Shown here: positions 23,801 to 35,270 of the stretch, one piece after another
Layout of the letters: the number at the start of each line of letters is the position of its first letter
Position numbering within the stretch: the stretch's first letter is position 1
DNA from: Thraustochytrium aureum
Lineage: Eukaryota
Direction: 5' to 3'
Assembly: GCA_012862495.1 (NCBI GenBank)
Contig: BLSG01000215.1
Coordinates: 41,100-105,099, forward strand
DNA: 64,000 nucleotides
Position numbers and translations under genes: made by a program
Notes under the pieces: generated by a model
Told to the model about the DNA's origin: nothing
Seen by the model: only the letters and a program-made list of their open reading frames with translations
Database searches by the model: none

Positions 23801-26800
23801 ACTTGGCGGGGGGCGGGGGCGGCCACAGCAGGTTGTTCTCCTCGTCATCCTCCTCCTCGTCGTCGTCTCCGGTCTTGGAGTCAGTCTTGCCGCCCTTGCT
23901 TGACGCAGCTTGGCGGGAGCTGGCGCGGAACTTGTTCTTCTTGGGCCGCTTCTTGATTTTGCCCTTGGCCTTTTTGGACTTGGCGGCCTTCTTGGACTTT
24001 GTTGTCCCGGCGGTCTTGCTCCGCGAGAGCGCGCGCTTGGCACGTGGGGCGATCTTGCGCGGGTCGGTGTCCTTCTCGAGCTCCTCGATGAACTGCTCAG
24101 TGACGCCCGGCCAGTAGTCGCCGTCAAAGTTGGGGATCCCGCACGGGTTGCAGACGCGCCGAATGTAGCGATCGTAGAGATTGTCCACGGAGACCACGAT
24201 TCCGCGCTTGCGCGCGTCCTCCAAGAGGAGGAGGTACCAGTTGCGCAGCATCTCGGCCTTCTGCGTCTTTTGCTCGCGCGGATGGCAGTAGAGGATGTAG
24301 TCGTCCCCAGCGAGGGGCGGGCAGGCCCAGATGAACGCCTTGGTGTGGCCGCGGCGCTTTTCGTACTCGAGAGCGCCGATGAGCAGCTCGTGGTACATCG
24401 GCGTACGCATGAAGCGCGGCTCCATGAAGAACACAGAGTCCAGGTAAGCGATGTAGATGCAGCGGCTGTTCGGCGGCGGGCAGTCCGAGCCGTACGACTG
24501 CGTGTAGAGCGCAAAGAAGAGCACGTCGACACCGTCGATCTTCTGGAAGAGCAAGATGCACTTGACCTTGTGCGGAAACGAGCGCGGATAGTTGTACGGC
24601 GGCTCCTTGTACAGGCGCTCCAAGTTGGTGCGCGGGAACACTTCTGTGTCTTTGTGCAGCACAACGCGAACGGTCAGCTCGCCCGGTTCGGGAACGTCCG
24701 CCAAGGTGCGCCCAATCTGCTTGGCATGGAGTTTGCGCTCAATCAGGATACGGCCCCGNNNNNNNNNNNNNNNNNNNNNNNNNNNNNNNNNNNNNNNNNN
24801 NNNNNNNNNNNNNNNNNNNNNNNNNNNNNNNNNNNNNNNNNNNNNNNNNNNNNNNNNNNNNNNNNNNNNNNNNNNNNNNNNNNNNNNNNNNNNNNNNNNN
24901 NNNNNNNNNNNNNNNNNNNNNNNNGCGAGGGCCTGGTGGTCTGCTCCGGGAGGCGCTCGAGGCGGAACTTGTCCAAGTAGCGCAATATGCACATCGGGCA
25001 AAAGTACTGGCTGTTCTTGGACTCCTCGTTCCGGCTGTTGAACATGGCGCAAATCTGGTGGAACCAGCGGTTGCACTGGTTGCACTGCACCCAGGACTCC
25101 TCAGTGACCTCGGTGTTCTTCTTCTTCTCCAAGGAGCTCTTCTCCAGGGTCTGCCCGTCCTCGAGCGTGATCGTGTCCTTGACGACGCTGTTAAAGCACG
25201 GCACGCACCACGACATTTTTGTGGTCCGGCGTCGAGTAGAAGAACGCGCCACGCTTGATCTTCTGGTTGCACTTGCCGCTGCAGTAGTACACCGGTGGCT
25301 CAAACGTGAACTGGCCCCCGCCGCAGAGCCGGCAGGCATCCTTGTTCATGCGCTTCAAGCTCTCCTCGCCCTTCATGGTGAGCACGAGCTTGATGTAGTC
25401 GCTCATGAACGACTGCGCGTACTCCTTGGCCGTCTCGTGGACCCCGTACCCATCGTGCGTCTCTGGGTTGTAGAGGATGGCATTGTTGTAAACGAGCAGC
25501 ATGTCGTCCGCGAACTGCTGGAGCGTCTTGTACCCGTTGCCTTCGAGGCGCCGCTTGATGGTCGACAAGTCCATTGGATGCTTGATCACGTCCAGGTAGT
25601 CGGGTATGTCCATCGCGATTGGGTCCACAGGCTTGAGGAAGATGTACGCGAACTGCTGGTCCAGCTGCCGCCGCAGCAGAGGCGCAAGCTTCACCTTGAG
25701 CTCGGCGGGCTTGATCGATGCGCTAAACCGGCTGAGCGACTCGATGTGCGATTTGATCTCATCCCTGTGCATCGTGTTGATCAGGGAGATCGTTCCGCTG
25801 AACGCAGGATTTTGCGGATGACCAGGCGACGATCGGCCAGGAACGCCGACAGGTTGCGGCGGTTGCTGTGGTGGATGCTGAACTTGCCCGCGATTCACAG
25901 GCATGGGGTGGGGCCTCGGCACGGCCATGGAAGGTTGCGGCGGAAGAGGCATAGGCTTCTGGCCAGGCAATTGGCCACGGCCAGGCATCGGCCCCGGCTT
26001 GCCCATGTTGTTTGGGACAAGTTGACCAGGCAGCACTTGACTGGAGCTGCTTTGCTGACGCACCAGATCTCCTGGAGTCGGATCTTTCCGACCGCGGCCG
26101 CGACCACGGCCTCCACTCGGCTGTTTGCGCAGCTTGCCAGGTGGCTTTCCGGCCTTGCCGCGACCCTTGCCCGTTTGACTCTGCGGCATGCTGTTCGGGT
26201 TCAACGCTCCAGGCGGCATTGGCTGCGGCATGTGCTCAGGCTGCCTTGGCAGGTGCGGCGGCATTTGCTGCGGCACCACCGGAGCTGGGGGCGCGCGCTT
26301 GCCACCCTTGAGCCGCTCAATCTCTTCTTCGAGCTCTCTCATCTTGCGAGCCTGCGCTTCTGCCTCCTCCTTGACTTTCCGTCGCTCCTCGTTCAGCTTT
26401 TTGATCAGCGCCTCCTCTTTCGACGAAGGGTTGCTGGGCATAGGGCCCGGCTTGCTCGCAGCGTTGCCCGGAGGCATACCACCGCCCTTGAGTACATCTG
26501 CGCGTTGGGGGGTCCACTGTGAATGTGCTGGGGGAGCGGCTGCTGCTGGCCACCGCTAAAGCTCGGTTGTCTGGGCATTCCGCCTGGCGGGGGCGGCGTG
26601 TCCTTGTTTGAGTAGTTTTTGATGGCCTCTTTCACCGGGCGGCAGACCTGGCAGTTTGCGTTTTTGCACCTGTGGTAATGCGAGAGCACGTACCGAGACG
26701 AAACGCAGTGCGGGAAGCGGCACTGGTTATCCTTGCACTTGGCGATGTGCTGCCAGAGCTGCTTCATCTGCTTGCAGTGCGGGGTGTACCGGCAGGTCTC

Positions 26801-28182
26801 CGTGTCTTGAACCGGGCACTTGGACGCGTGTCGCAACAGCAGCAGGCGCTGTTGCTGTTGGCGCAACACTTGCTCGTGCTGCCTGTTCCTATGCGTCGTC
26901 TCGTTATTCGCGCCATTCGGCGGCGCGGGTGCCGGCGCACCCGGTGTATAGGCGCCTTGTGGGGGCTGCTGCTGCTGCTGCTGCTGCTGAGGGGCCCCTG
27001 GCAGGTTTTGCGAGCCCTGGTGCCGGGGTGCCCCCGGGTATGGCGGGCGGTACGGTTGTCCACCTACGTGACCGGGACCCTGGTTGGGTTGTGGCGGCTG
27101 AATATAGGACTGCGGTTGCTGCTGTTGGTGGTACCCGCCAGGTTGAGTTGGTGGGTATGCAGCTGGCTTTCCGCCGGCGCGGCCAACGGGGGGAGCTGCA
27201 GTGTTGGGAACTGCCATCGCGCGTGGCTGTGATGAGGGCTTGCGCTCGAGCTTTTTGTGTTGCATCGCGCCAGGTGCACCCGGCCCGCTCGGGGCCAGGA
27301 CCAGGTCCCGGCCCCCGGGTGGCCTGGGGGACCGGGGGAGGCCCGTCTGATTTGGGGGGGCGCGACTCTGCCATTTTCAGGGCGATGAATTGCAAGCGCT
27401 GCTTGAGCGAAGCCCGGTCCATGTACTCCTCCTTGGTCTGAGCGTACCTGTACAGCTTGTCCTCGAGCCTTCGTGCCATGTCTGGAAGCTTTTGCAGCCA
27501 CTCGCGCGGCGCGTCAGGCTTGCGTTGCTGCAATAGCCGCACGATTTGTGCGATCATTTGGCGACGCGAGTCGTAGTCGCGCTGTGGCTCTTGCCATCCT
27601 GCGAACCGCGTGCCTGCGGCCGCGTGGTTGCCCGGTGGCACGCCCTGCCCTGGGGGCGGTACTGACCCTGCTGCGGGGCTTGGGGGGAGGGCGTTGAGCG
27701 TGCTGCTGCGGCGGCGGGCCGCCTTGTGGGTGTTGCGACGGCGGCGGGCCGCTTTGCTGCGGAGGTGGCCCGCCACCTTGCTGGGAGTGAGTGCGCTGCG
27801 GCGGGTAGGGCCCGTGCGCCGGGGCGCCTTGATACTGCGACTGATGCTGCGGTGGTGCGTGCTGGTACCTCGAGCCTGGCGCGCCATGGTGCTGCTGCTG
27901 TTGTTGCTGCTGCTGTGGCGGAGGAGCGGTAGGGCGCCCACCTTGTGGGTGCTGGCCCTGGTGGTGCATCGGCGGCATGCCTTGCCGATGCGGGTGGTGG
28001 TGCGGCGAATGCTGCGGCGGAGGCTGACCTTGCTGCCGCTGCGGCGGTGGTGCGTTATATTGCTGATGTTGTTGAGGCGGCGGGCCTTGGCCCGGCCGCA
28101 TCTGATGATGACCGGGTGAGTTTCCGTTCGGGTGGTGGCCTTGCGGCGGCGGTTGGCCGCCTCCCCCGCCTTGGTGGTTCAT
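20900..28182 (-). CDS. CBP: CBP/p300-type histone acetyltransferase (Q/P-rich, KIX-like, TAZ1, bromodomain, RING/PHD, HAT, ZZ, TAZ2); several frameshifts and two gaps
   Basis: KIX-like KLPDMARRLEDKLY; TAZ RLLLLRHASKC; bromodomain FLKPVDP..IPDYLDVIKHPMDLSTI..NAILYN; PHD WVQCNQCNRWFHQIC; HAT YIAYLDSV, IWACPP..GDDYILYCHP, FDGDYWP, RRAKHSSMMVLYHLH; ZZ CNTCEDYDLC; TAZ2 LLVHASGC. Confidence 0.92.
22696..22860 (-). repeat. Coding minisatellite: 11 x 15 bp encoding (AEKAD/AEKTD)n inside CBP
   Basis: Plus-strand units G(C/T)(C/T)TTCTC(G/A)GCGTCG in exact 15-bp register; the last unit is degenerate. Confidence 0.95.
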
Positions 28183-29601
28183 TCCTTGCGGAACGTAGAC
28201 TGGGCGCAGCCCTCTCCGACGGTTCTAAGGTTCGTCTGCGCGACCCGTGCGCACGTCCCCGAGACCGGAGCCTCGCTCGAGCAGATCCTGACCAGCCGGC
28301 CAGTTGGCCCACTCGCTCAGCTGGTCCGCACTCCTCGCGCTGCCGTCCCTCGCGTCTTGCCTGCTGCGCCTCCCCCTCTCGCGGTCTCCGCTCCGCCTCG
28401 CTTCTACGTGCCACCGCACAGCCCAGCCCAGCCCGTTCGCTCACGTCCGGTTTCGAGGGGAAAAAACCACCCCCAAAAAAAGCGACGACCCAAAACAACC
28501 AACAACCCAAAACCAGCCCAAAAAGCAGGCAAGCAACTAGCACAGCGGGCCGGTGCGCGGCGAGCCGCCTGGCCGCCTGGCAGGCTGCCTCTGCAGCGGC
28601 CCTCCTCCCCTCCCCCGCGGCGGTGCTCCCCTTCCCTCCGCGCCTCCGCGCCCTGTGCGCGCCCTTTGCGGCCCGCGCGCTCGGCTGCCGCTCCTGCTGC
28701 CGCTGCTCTGCTCCGCCTGCTTCAGGCCCTCTTCCAGAAAGTCACCTTGGGAAGGGGGACTGCCGTGCACTCGGGGCGAACAACAACAACCGGCGAGCCC
28801 CGACGCCGTTAAGGCCCTTTCCGCCACCTTGCCTCCCGCCCGCACACGTTGCGTTCCGCAGAATGAGGCAGCCGTAAGGTGAGTTCTCCGGGGAACGATA
28901 AGGCGGGAAGGGCAAGAAGAGGCGTTCTCTGGGTTAGGTTGGGTTAGGGCGCGCGAGGCGGCGCAGGGCGGCGCCGCCGCCGGCGGAGCTGCGCGCGAGG
29001 CGGAGAGGGCGTTGGGGGGGCGAGTTGGCGCGCCGCACGGTCCTGAGAGCCTTTTGCTCTTTCACCGACCTTTTGGTGAGGGTGCAGGGCCTCGACAAGC
29101 TCGAGAGCATTCCACTTCGAGCGGCGCTTGGCTGGAAAAATTGAGCTTCTCAAGCGCGGCGAGCTTCTTGAGCAACTTGAAGCGGGTTAGGACGAGTCGA
29201 GCCGCCTTGGCAGAGCCTCGAAAAGCAAGTTCGCAAGTTGGCTTGATCTAACGCATTTGTGAAGGTGGGACAAGCCCCTGCGCGAAGCACGCATGCAGCC
29301 AATGGACAGGAACCANNNNNNNNNNNNNNNNNNNNNNNNNNNNNNNNNNNNNNNNNNNNNNNNNNNNNNNNNNNNNNNNNNNNNNNNNNNNNNNNNNNNN
29401 NNNNNNNNNNNNNNNNNNNNNNNNNNNNNNNNNNNNNNNNNNNNNNNNNNNNNNNNNNNNNNNNNNNNNNNNNNNNNNNNNNNNNNNNNNNNNNNNNNNN
29501 NNNNNNNNNNNNNNNNNNNNNNNNNNNNNNNNNNNNNNNNNNNNNNNNNNNNNNNNNNNNNNCTTGACTTGAATGCGCGAGCTTGATGAACTTGGCCAGT
29601 C

Positions 29602-29632
29602 TGATGATGATGATGATGTTGATGATGATGAT
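29602..29632. repeat. (TGA)n microsatellite downstream of G-alpha
   Basis: About 10 TGA units with one interruption. Confidence 0.85.
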
Positions 29633-29883
29633 CAGCGCCCGAAGCTTGTACCGGTTGTACCGGTTCTCCGCTTTTTCTCTCTCACTCTGCGTGTCGTTTT
29701 TCCCTCGAGATGAACCAAAATAAGTGCGGACTGGTCGTTGGGAGCACTCGCGTACACATCAGTACACGCACCGCCAACTCGCAGGTGGCCCGTTTGCGAC
29801 CGCCCATACTTGAGCTTTGCACAGAGCCATTGCCATGCCGTCCAGGTCCGGGCGGGCCAAACAGCTCAGCCGTGGGGGTTGCA

Positions 29884-31020
29884 CTAGCTCCAAACGTTCC
29901 GAATCGTCTTTTGAAACAAGCCGAACAGCACGTGTGTGAGCACTTTCTCCATCAGCGTCGAGTTCACAGCGCAGGTCTGAAGAATGGTGATGTCGACCTG
30001 AGCGGAATAGCCGTTCTGCGCCTCCGAGACCGACGACTCGATCAAGCCTCGAACGCGATCCCGGAAAAAGTTGACCACGTCCTCCACCGTGTTGTCTCCA
30101 GTATACGAAGTGAAATAGTTGCGCATCGGCTTGCTGTCCAGCTTGGACTGCAAGAGGTCCGACTTGTTGAAGAGCACGACAAAATGCTTGCTCTGGAAGG
30201 TCTGCGAACCGGCAATCTTCCGCAGCAGCGAGAGGGACTCTTTGAGCTTGTTCCCGCCCTTTTCTGTCTTTTCGTCGAAATCAGAGAGGCACATGACGTA
30301 AAGCACAGAGGAAGCTTGTGACCCGTGCTGGACCCAGTCGAACTCGTGGTGATCCTGCCCGCCAACGTCCGTGCATGCCACCGGGACTGAAACTCGATTT
30401 CCGCTGTTTGGCGGCCACTCCAACTCGCAATTGAACTGCACTCTGGCTGCCTCGACCGTGACTCTCCTCAAACGGAGGATGTCTTCATCAGTCGGCAGGT
30501 ACTTCTCCTCTGCTACCATGGAGTCAAGGCGCTCCAAAAAGTAGTCTGTCGAGTCTGGCATTGCGAGCCTGTACCGCTCCACGGCCGCCTCCGCTTGCGC
30601 GATAGTCTTGATCGCATCGACCACAGCGGGCAGCCGCCTGAAGGCGAGTAGCTCGCCGAATACATCTGCAGCGTGGAAGGGGAGCTCGCTGCCTCTTTCG
30701 CTGTCCCCGACGCTGGCCGTGAAGGCGGCAAGCTCCTCCTTCCTCTGAGCAAAGACGGCGCCGGCTGCCACTACGTCCCTGTTCGGGCTGCCTGACTGCG
30801 TTTCAACGATGCAGTCGTGAATCAGCTTGGCAGACTCGATTAGAACTGCGAACACGTGTTTGGTGACCTGCCGCCGATAATCGTCTGTGAAGCCCTCACG
30901 GTAGATCAGCGTAAGCTGCTTGAATACGGTCGACTTGCCCACCTCTGGGCACCCAAGGAGAATAAGGGAGATTTCCTGCTGCGCCACCACCTTGGTTGGA
31001 GCGGAGCAAGCGCCCCCCAT
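29884..31020 (-). CDS. Heterotrimeric G-protein alpha subunit (divergent)
   Basis: MGGAC N-terminus; GCPEVGKST (G1), PTDEDILRLR..T (G2), DVGGQ (G3), NKSD (G4), TCAV (G5); helical-domain insert ending PDSTDYFLERL. Confidence 0.9.
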   Translation of the reverse strand: MGGACSAPTKVVAQQEISLILLGCPEVGKSTVFKQLTLIYREGFTDDYRRQVTKHVFAVLIESAKLIHDCIVETQSGSPNRDVVAAGAVFAQRKEELAAFTASVGDSERGSELPFHAADVFGELLAFRRLPAVVDAIKTIAQAEAAVERYRLAMPDSTDYFLERLDSMVAEEKYLPTDEDILRLRRVTVEAARVQFNCELEWPPNSGNRVSVPVACTDVGGQDHHEFDWVQHGSQASSVLYVMCLSDFDEKTEKGGNKLKESLSLLRKIAGSQTFQSKHFVVLFNKSDLLQSKLDSKPMRNYFTSYTGDNTVEDVVNFFRDRVRGLIESSVSEAQNGYSAQVDITILQTCAVNSTLMEKVLTHVLFGLFQKTIRNVWS

Positions 31021-32108
31021 TTTGCTAGCTCGTCCCCAGCCTCCTCGTCGGACGCGCCGCCCGCGTGAAGTGCCGCGCTCTGCCCCCGTCTCCGCTCGAA
31101 GCGGCGGCGACAGGTTTGCTTCTGCGGGGTCCTCGCTGTGCCCGCTCTAGCGTGAGAGGACTTGGCGTCGTGCCGTGGTGCCGCGCTGTCACGGCTCAGG
31201 CCGAGCACCGCCGATGCCAGGAGTCTCTCGCTTCGCGCCAGCCGCGGCACTTGGCCGGGCTTCAGAGAGCACACTGAACCGCCCGCTTTGCGCCGCTCGC
31301 ACCGCTTGGTCTCGAGATATGCAGCGCAGACCCGCAGCCGTGGAGCCTCGCGACACTCGGGCTTGCNNNNNNNNNNNNNNNNNNNNNNNNNNNNNNNNNN
31401 NNNNNNNNNNNNNNNNNNNNNNNNNNNNNNNNNNNNNNNNNNNNNNNNNNNNNNNNNNNNNNNNNNNNNNNNNNNNNNNNNNNNNNNNNNNNNNNNNNNN
31501 NNNNNNNNNNNNNNNNNNNNNNNNNNNNNNNNNNNNNNNNNNNNNNNNNNNNNNNNNNNNNNNNNNNNNNNNNNNNNNNNGCGAGCGTGCCGAGCTTGCA
31601 CCGCAAGCTGTTTGGCGCCTGGCGGTGACTCGACGGCCCGCCAGCAAGGGCACCGGATCTACAATTGAGCTCTCCTCTTCGTAGCTGCAGGCGAAAGCTT
31701 CAGCTTCACAGCACAGTGACAGCTCTAGGTACCACAGAGAGTTTGAGAGCGAAACCAACACACTGGCAGCCGTTCCCACCCTTCTCGCACTCGATTGAGC
31801 GATCCTTGACAGCAACGAGCCGCGGCGGCGGCCATGCAGCGACGCCGCACTGCAGGCAGCCGCCGGCCCGTCGACGCCAGCCGCTGAGAAGGGTGCTGCA
31901 GCGCGCCGGCCGCCCACCAACCAACGCGTCAAGGCTGCACCCGCAACCCGATAGATCCGTTGTGGGTGTGCGTTCGTTTCGCACAATGCCGCTCGGATCG
32001 CTCGCTGCACACTCGAAGCGCGCGAGGTGGATGGCCGAGCAGAGCAGAGCCTAAACGGGGCGCAGCAGCAGCTCGTTGGCGATCGCGCGGGCGGTCTCGC
32101 AGGCTCTC

Positions 32109-32162
32109 GCAGGCAGGCAGGCAGGCAGGCAGGCAGGAAGGCAGACAGGCAGGCAGGCAGGC
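32109..32162. repeat. (GCAG)n microsatellite upstream of CDP-DAG synthase
   Basis: About 13 GCAG units with 2 variants; the same unit borders the gap at 7183. Confidence 0.9.
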
Positions 32163-32369
32163 CCGCAGACCGCGGGAAACGGGCCGCGCGGCTTGGCTGC
32201 TGCGGCGAAGCACGTGCGCCGTTGGGTGGGGATTGAGCCAGGGAGCGGGCAGAGCGCCGCCGGCCTGCCGCCAGGACGCCCAGCCGGTCCGCCTCGGAGT
32301 CGATCGCGCTGCGAAGGGGTGTCTAGCGGAAGGGTGGAAGGCCCGGGGGCGAGCGAGAGCGGCGGCACG

Positions 32370-33683
32370 ATGAGCGGCGCGGTGCGGCGTCGAGGCCAGG
32401 CGGCTGGCGTCCCTAACAGCGCTGCCAAGGCCACCAAGCCCAAGCCCAAACAGAGCGACGACGAGCAATCGGACGAAAAGGAAAAGGTGGTCCTGCTCGT
32501 GGACGCGCCCGCGCAGTCGCGGTTCCAAAGCTTCATCACGCGAGCGTCGTGGTCGCTGGTGATGATCTTCTCCTTCCTGTTCGTTGTGGTCTACCTCCAG
32601 CAGCCCGGGTGCGCCGTGCTTGTGTTTGTGCTGCAAGGTTTCATGTACAAAGAGCTGATTACGATCCAGATGAACGAGTCGAGCGAGCGGGACCTGCCCG
32701 GGTTCAAGTTCCTGTACATCTACTGGTTCATGGTTTGCTCCCTGTTCGTGTACGGCAACGAGCTGCAGCCGCACTTTATGATGCACTCGCTCAAGCACCA
32801 CCTTGGATTCAAGCTCTCGGACCACTTTCGCCGTCTCTCGCTGTACTGCTTTATGCTGTACGCGTTCGGGCTCATCATGTTCGTGTGGAGCCTCAAGAAG
32901 CGCCACTACCGGTACCAGTTCAAGCAGTTTGCGTACTGCCACGTCACGCTGCTCGTTGTGGTCGTGCAGAGCTCGTTCCTGGTCACCAACATGTTCCACG
33001 GCTTGATCTGGTTTCTGCTCCCGTGCTCGCTCGTGATCTGCAACGACATTTGGGCCTACATTTTTGGCTTCTTCTTCGGCCGCACGCCGCTCATCAAGCT
33101 CTCGCCCAAGAAAACCTGGGAGGGGTTTCTCGGGGGCTGGGCCGCCACGATGGTCTGGGGATTTCTCTTCTCCAAGGTGCTCACGCGCTCGAGCCTCCTG
33201 GTGTGCGAGCGCCGCGGGTTTCGCCTCGAGTATTGGCCTGAGTGCCACCCCAACGGCATCTTCGAATACACGTCGATTCGCAACATCATCGGCAACAAGA
33301 TTGTCGACGTCCTGCCCGCATCGATGCAGGATGTCGAGCTCCAGCCGATGGACGAGCACGTGCTGTGGATGTCAATCTTTGCTTCTATTGTGGCCCCCTT
33401 CGGGGGCTTCTTCGCGTCGGGATTCAAACGCGCCTTCAACCTCAAGGACTTTGGCGACACGATTCCTGGCCACGGCGGCTTTGTGGATCGCCTCGACTGC
33501 CAAATTATGATGGGCATGTTTGTTTTCGTGTACTATCAGGCTCGGATTGCAAAACTCGCCATGGGCGCGCCAGACCCTGACGTTGTCCTCCGGCTGCTCA
33601 TGGAACTCTCGACGGACGACAAACTCCAGATCTACTCGCGGCTCCAAGCTGGCTTGCTCAAGCAGGGCCTTATCGCGGAATAG
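32370..33683 (+). CDS. CDS1: Phosphatidate cytidylyltransferase (CDP-diacylglycerol synthase)
   Basis: Multi-TM protein with NDIWAY, LSPKKTWEGF and APFGGFFASGFKRAFNLKDFGDTIPGHGGFVDRLDCQ signature. Confidence 0.95.
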   Translation: MSGAVRRRGQAAGVPNSAAKATKPKPKQSDDEQSDEKEKVVLLVDAPAQSRFQSFITRASWSLVMIFSFLFVVVYLQQPGCAVLVFVLQGFMYKELITIQMNESSERDLPGFKFLYIYWFMVCSLFVYGNELQPHFMMHSLKHHLGFKLSDHFRRLSLYCFMLYAFGLIMFVWSLKKRHYRYQFKQFAYCHVTLLVVVVQSSFLVTNMFHGLIWFLLPCSLVICNDIWAYIFGFFFGRTPLIKLSPKKTWEGFLGGWAATMVWGFLFSKVLTRSSLLVCERRGFRLEYWPECHPNGIFEYTSIRNIIGNKIVDVLPASMQDVELQPMDEHVLWMSIFASIVAPFGGFFASGFKRAFNLKDFGDTIPGHGGFVDRLDCQIMMGMFVFVYYQARIAKLAMGAPDPDVVLRLLMELSTDDKLQIYSRLQAGLLKQGLIAE

Positions 33684-33795
33684 AGCGGTCCGAAGGGGGG
33701 CCTTCTACGAGCGGCCCCGTCGCGTCAGCGTGTGCCACGCGAGCATGCTGCACTCGAAGGCCTGCGGGCGCGGGTGAGGCGCACGTGTCCGGCGC

Positions 33796-34394
33796 CTACT
33801 CGTCAAAGTCCTCCTCCTCATCATCGTCGGCCGCCTCGTCGTCGGCCAGGAACCGAAACCCGATCACATTTGAAAACAGCAAGTAGGAGACAACAACGCC
33901 CCCAGCAAACAGCACCGCGTTCCGGCTCCCCTCGTTGAACTCGCGCTCCCTGGCCGACATGCGCCGCTCTTCCTCCTCGCGCTCGCCTGCCGAAGCAGCC
34001 GCCCCTTCGACGCTGCCCCAAGTAGAGAGGTCGAGCGCGCTGTGCGAGTAGACGGCGTTGAATCCTTCGCCCTCCGCGAACAAGTTGGCCGCGGCGCCGG
34101 TGGTGCAGAGGGCCACCAGCTCGCGCGGCGGGTCGTCAAAAAGCTCGCGCTGCAGGCGCTGGCAGTAGTCGACCAGGTTGCGGTGGTGGCGCAAAAGGAT
34201 CGACCCGATCGGCTCGCGGAGCGCGTCCATGAGGTGCCCGAAGACGACGCAGTCCAGAGACGTTGGGCCCTTGCCCAGCATCCACTTGCGGCTCCCCAGC
34301 TGCAGAGCGAGCGCTTTGTATGCGGCGCCCGCCACGCGCTTGGCAGATTCCTCGTCGCTGATCCGGTGGTGCTGCTTCAGACGGAACAAAGCGG
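33796..34394 (-). CDS. Metaxin-like (GST C-terminal-like domain plus C-terminal TM anchor); 5' part in gap
   Basis: ALALQLGSRKWMLGKGPTSLDCVVFGHL...NLVDYCQRL, followed by hydrophobic NAVLFAGGVVVSYLLFSNVI and an acidic tail. Confidence 0.75.
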
Positions 34395-35270
34395 NNNNNN
34401 NNNNNNNNNNNNNNNNNNNNNNNNNNNNNNNNNNNNNNNNNNNNNNNNNNNNNNNNNNNNNNNNNNNNNNNNNNNNNNNNNNNNNNNNNNNNNNNNNNNN
34501 NNNNNNNNNNNNNNNNNNNNNNNNNNNNNNNNNNNNNNNNNNNNNNNNNNNNNNNNNNNNNNNNNNNNNNNNNNNNNNNNNNNNNNNNNNNNNNNNNNNN
34601 NNNNNNNNNNNNNNNNNNNNNNNNNNNNNNNNNNNNNNNNNNNNNNNNNNNNNNNNNNNNNNNNNNNNNNNNNNNNNNNNNNNNNNNNNNNNNNNNNNNN
34701 NNNNNNNNNNNNNNNNNNNNNNNNNNNNNNNNNNNNNNNNNNNNNNNNNNNNNNNNNNNNNNNNNNNNNNNNNNNNNNNNNNNNNNNNNNNNNNNNNNNN
34801 NNNNNNNNNNNNNNNNNNNNNNNNNNNNNNNNNNNNNNNNNNNNNNNNNNNNNNNNNNNNNNNNNNNNNNNNNNNNNNNNNNNNNNNNNNNNNNNNNNNN
34901 NNNNNNNNNNNNNNNNNNNNNNNNNNNNNNNNNNNNNNNNNNNNNNNNNNNNACGGACCTGCGAGCCTGGAGCGCCCGAGTCCCGCGCGCCTCACAGACT
35001 CGAGCGGGGCAGGCTGAGCGCAGGCTGACGCGTCGAGACTCTCGCCGGCGTGGCTAGCTGGCCGCGTGCGGCCAGGCGCGCACGCACGCCGCCCGTCAGT
35101 CAGCCTCGCGCGGCGCTGCGCGGTGCATCCCCGGTTGCAAAGCGCTGCGTAGCTCGCGCTGCCACGGAATACCTGCGAACGACGCGCACGCGCGCGGAGG
35201 CACAGGCGGGCTCGTACGGCGCAAAGCGCCCAGTCGCAGCGGGCATCGTGGCAAGCGAAGGGAGAAAAAC

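Noticed and set aside
20756..26522. Long plus-strand ORFs opposite CBP (and similar ones opposite CDS1 and NDK)
   Set aside because: Antisense shadows caused by GC-rich codon bias of the real genes.
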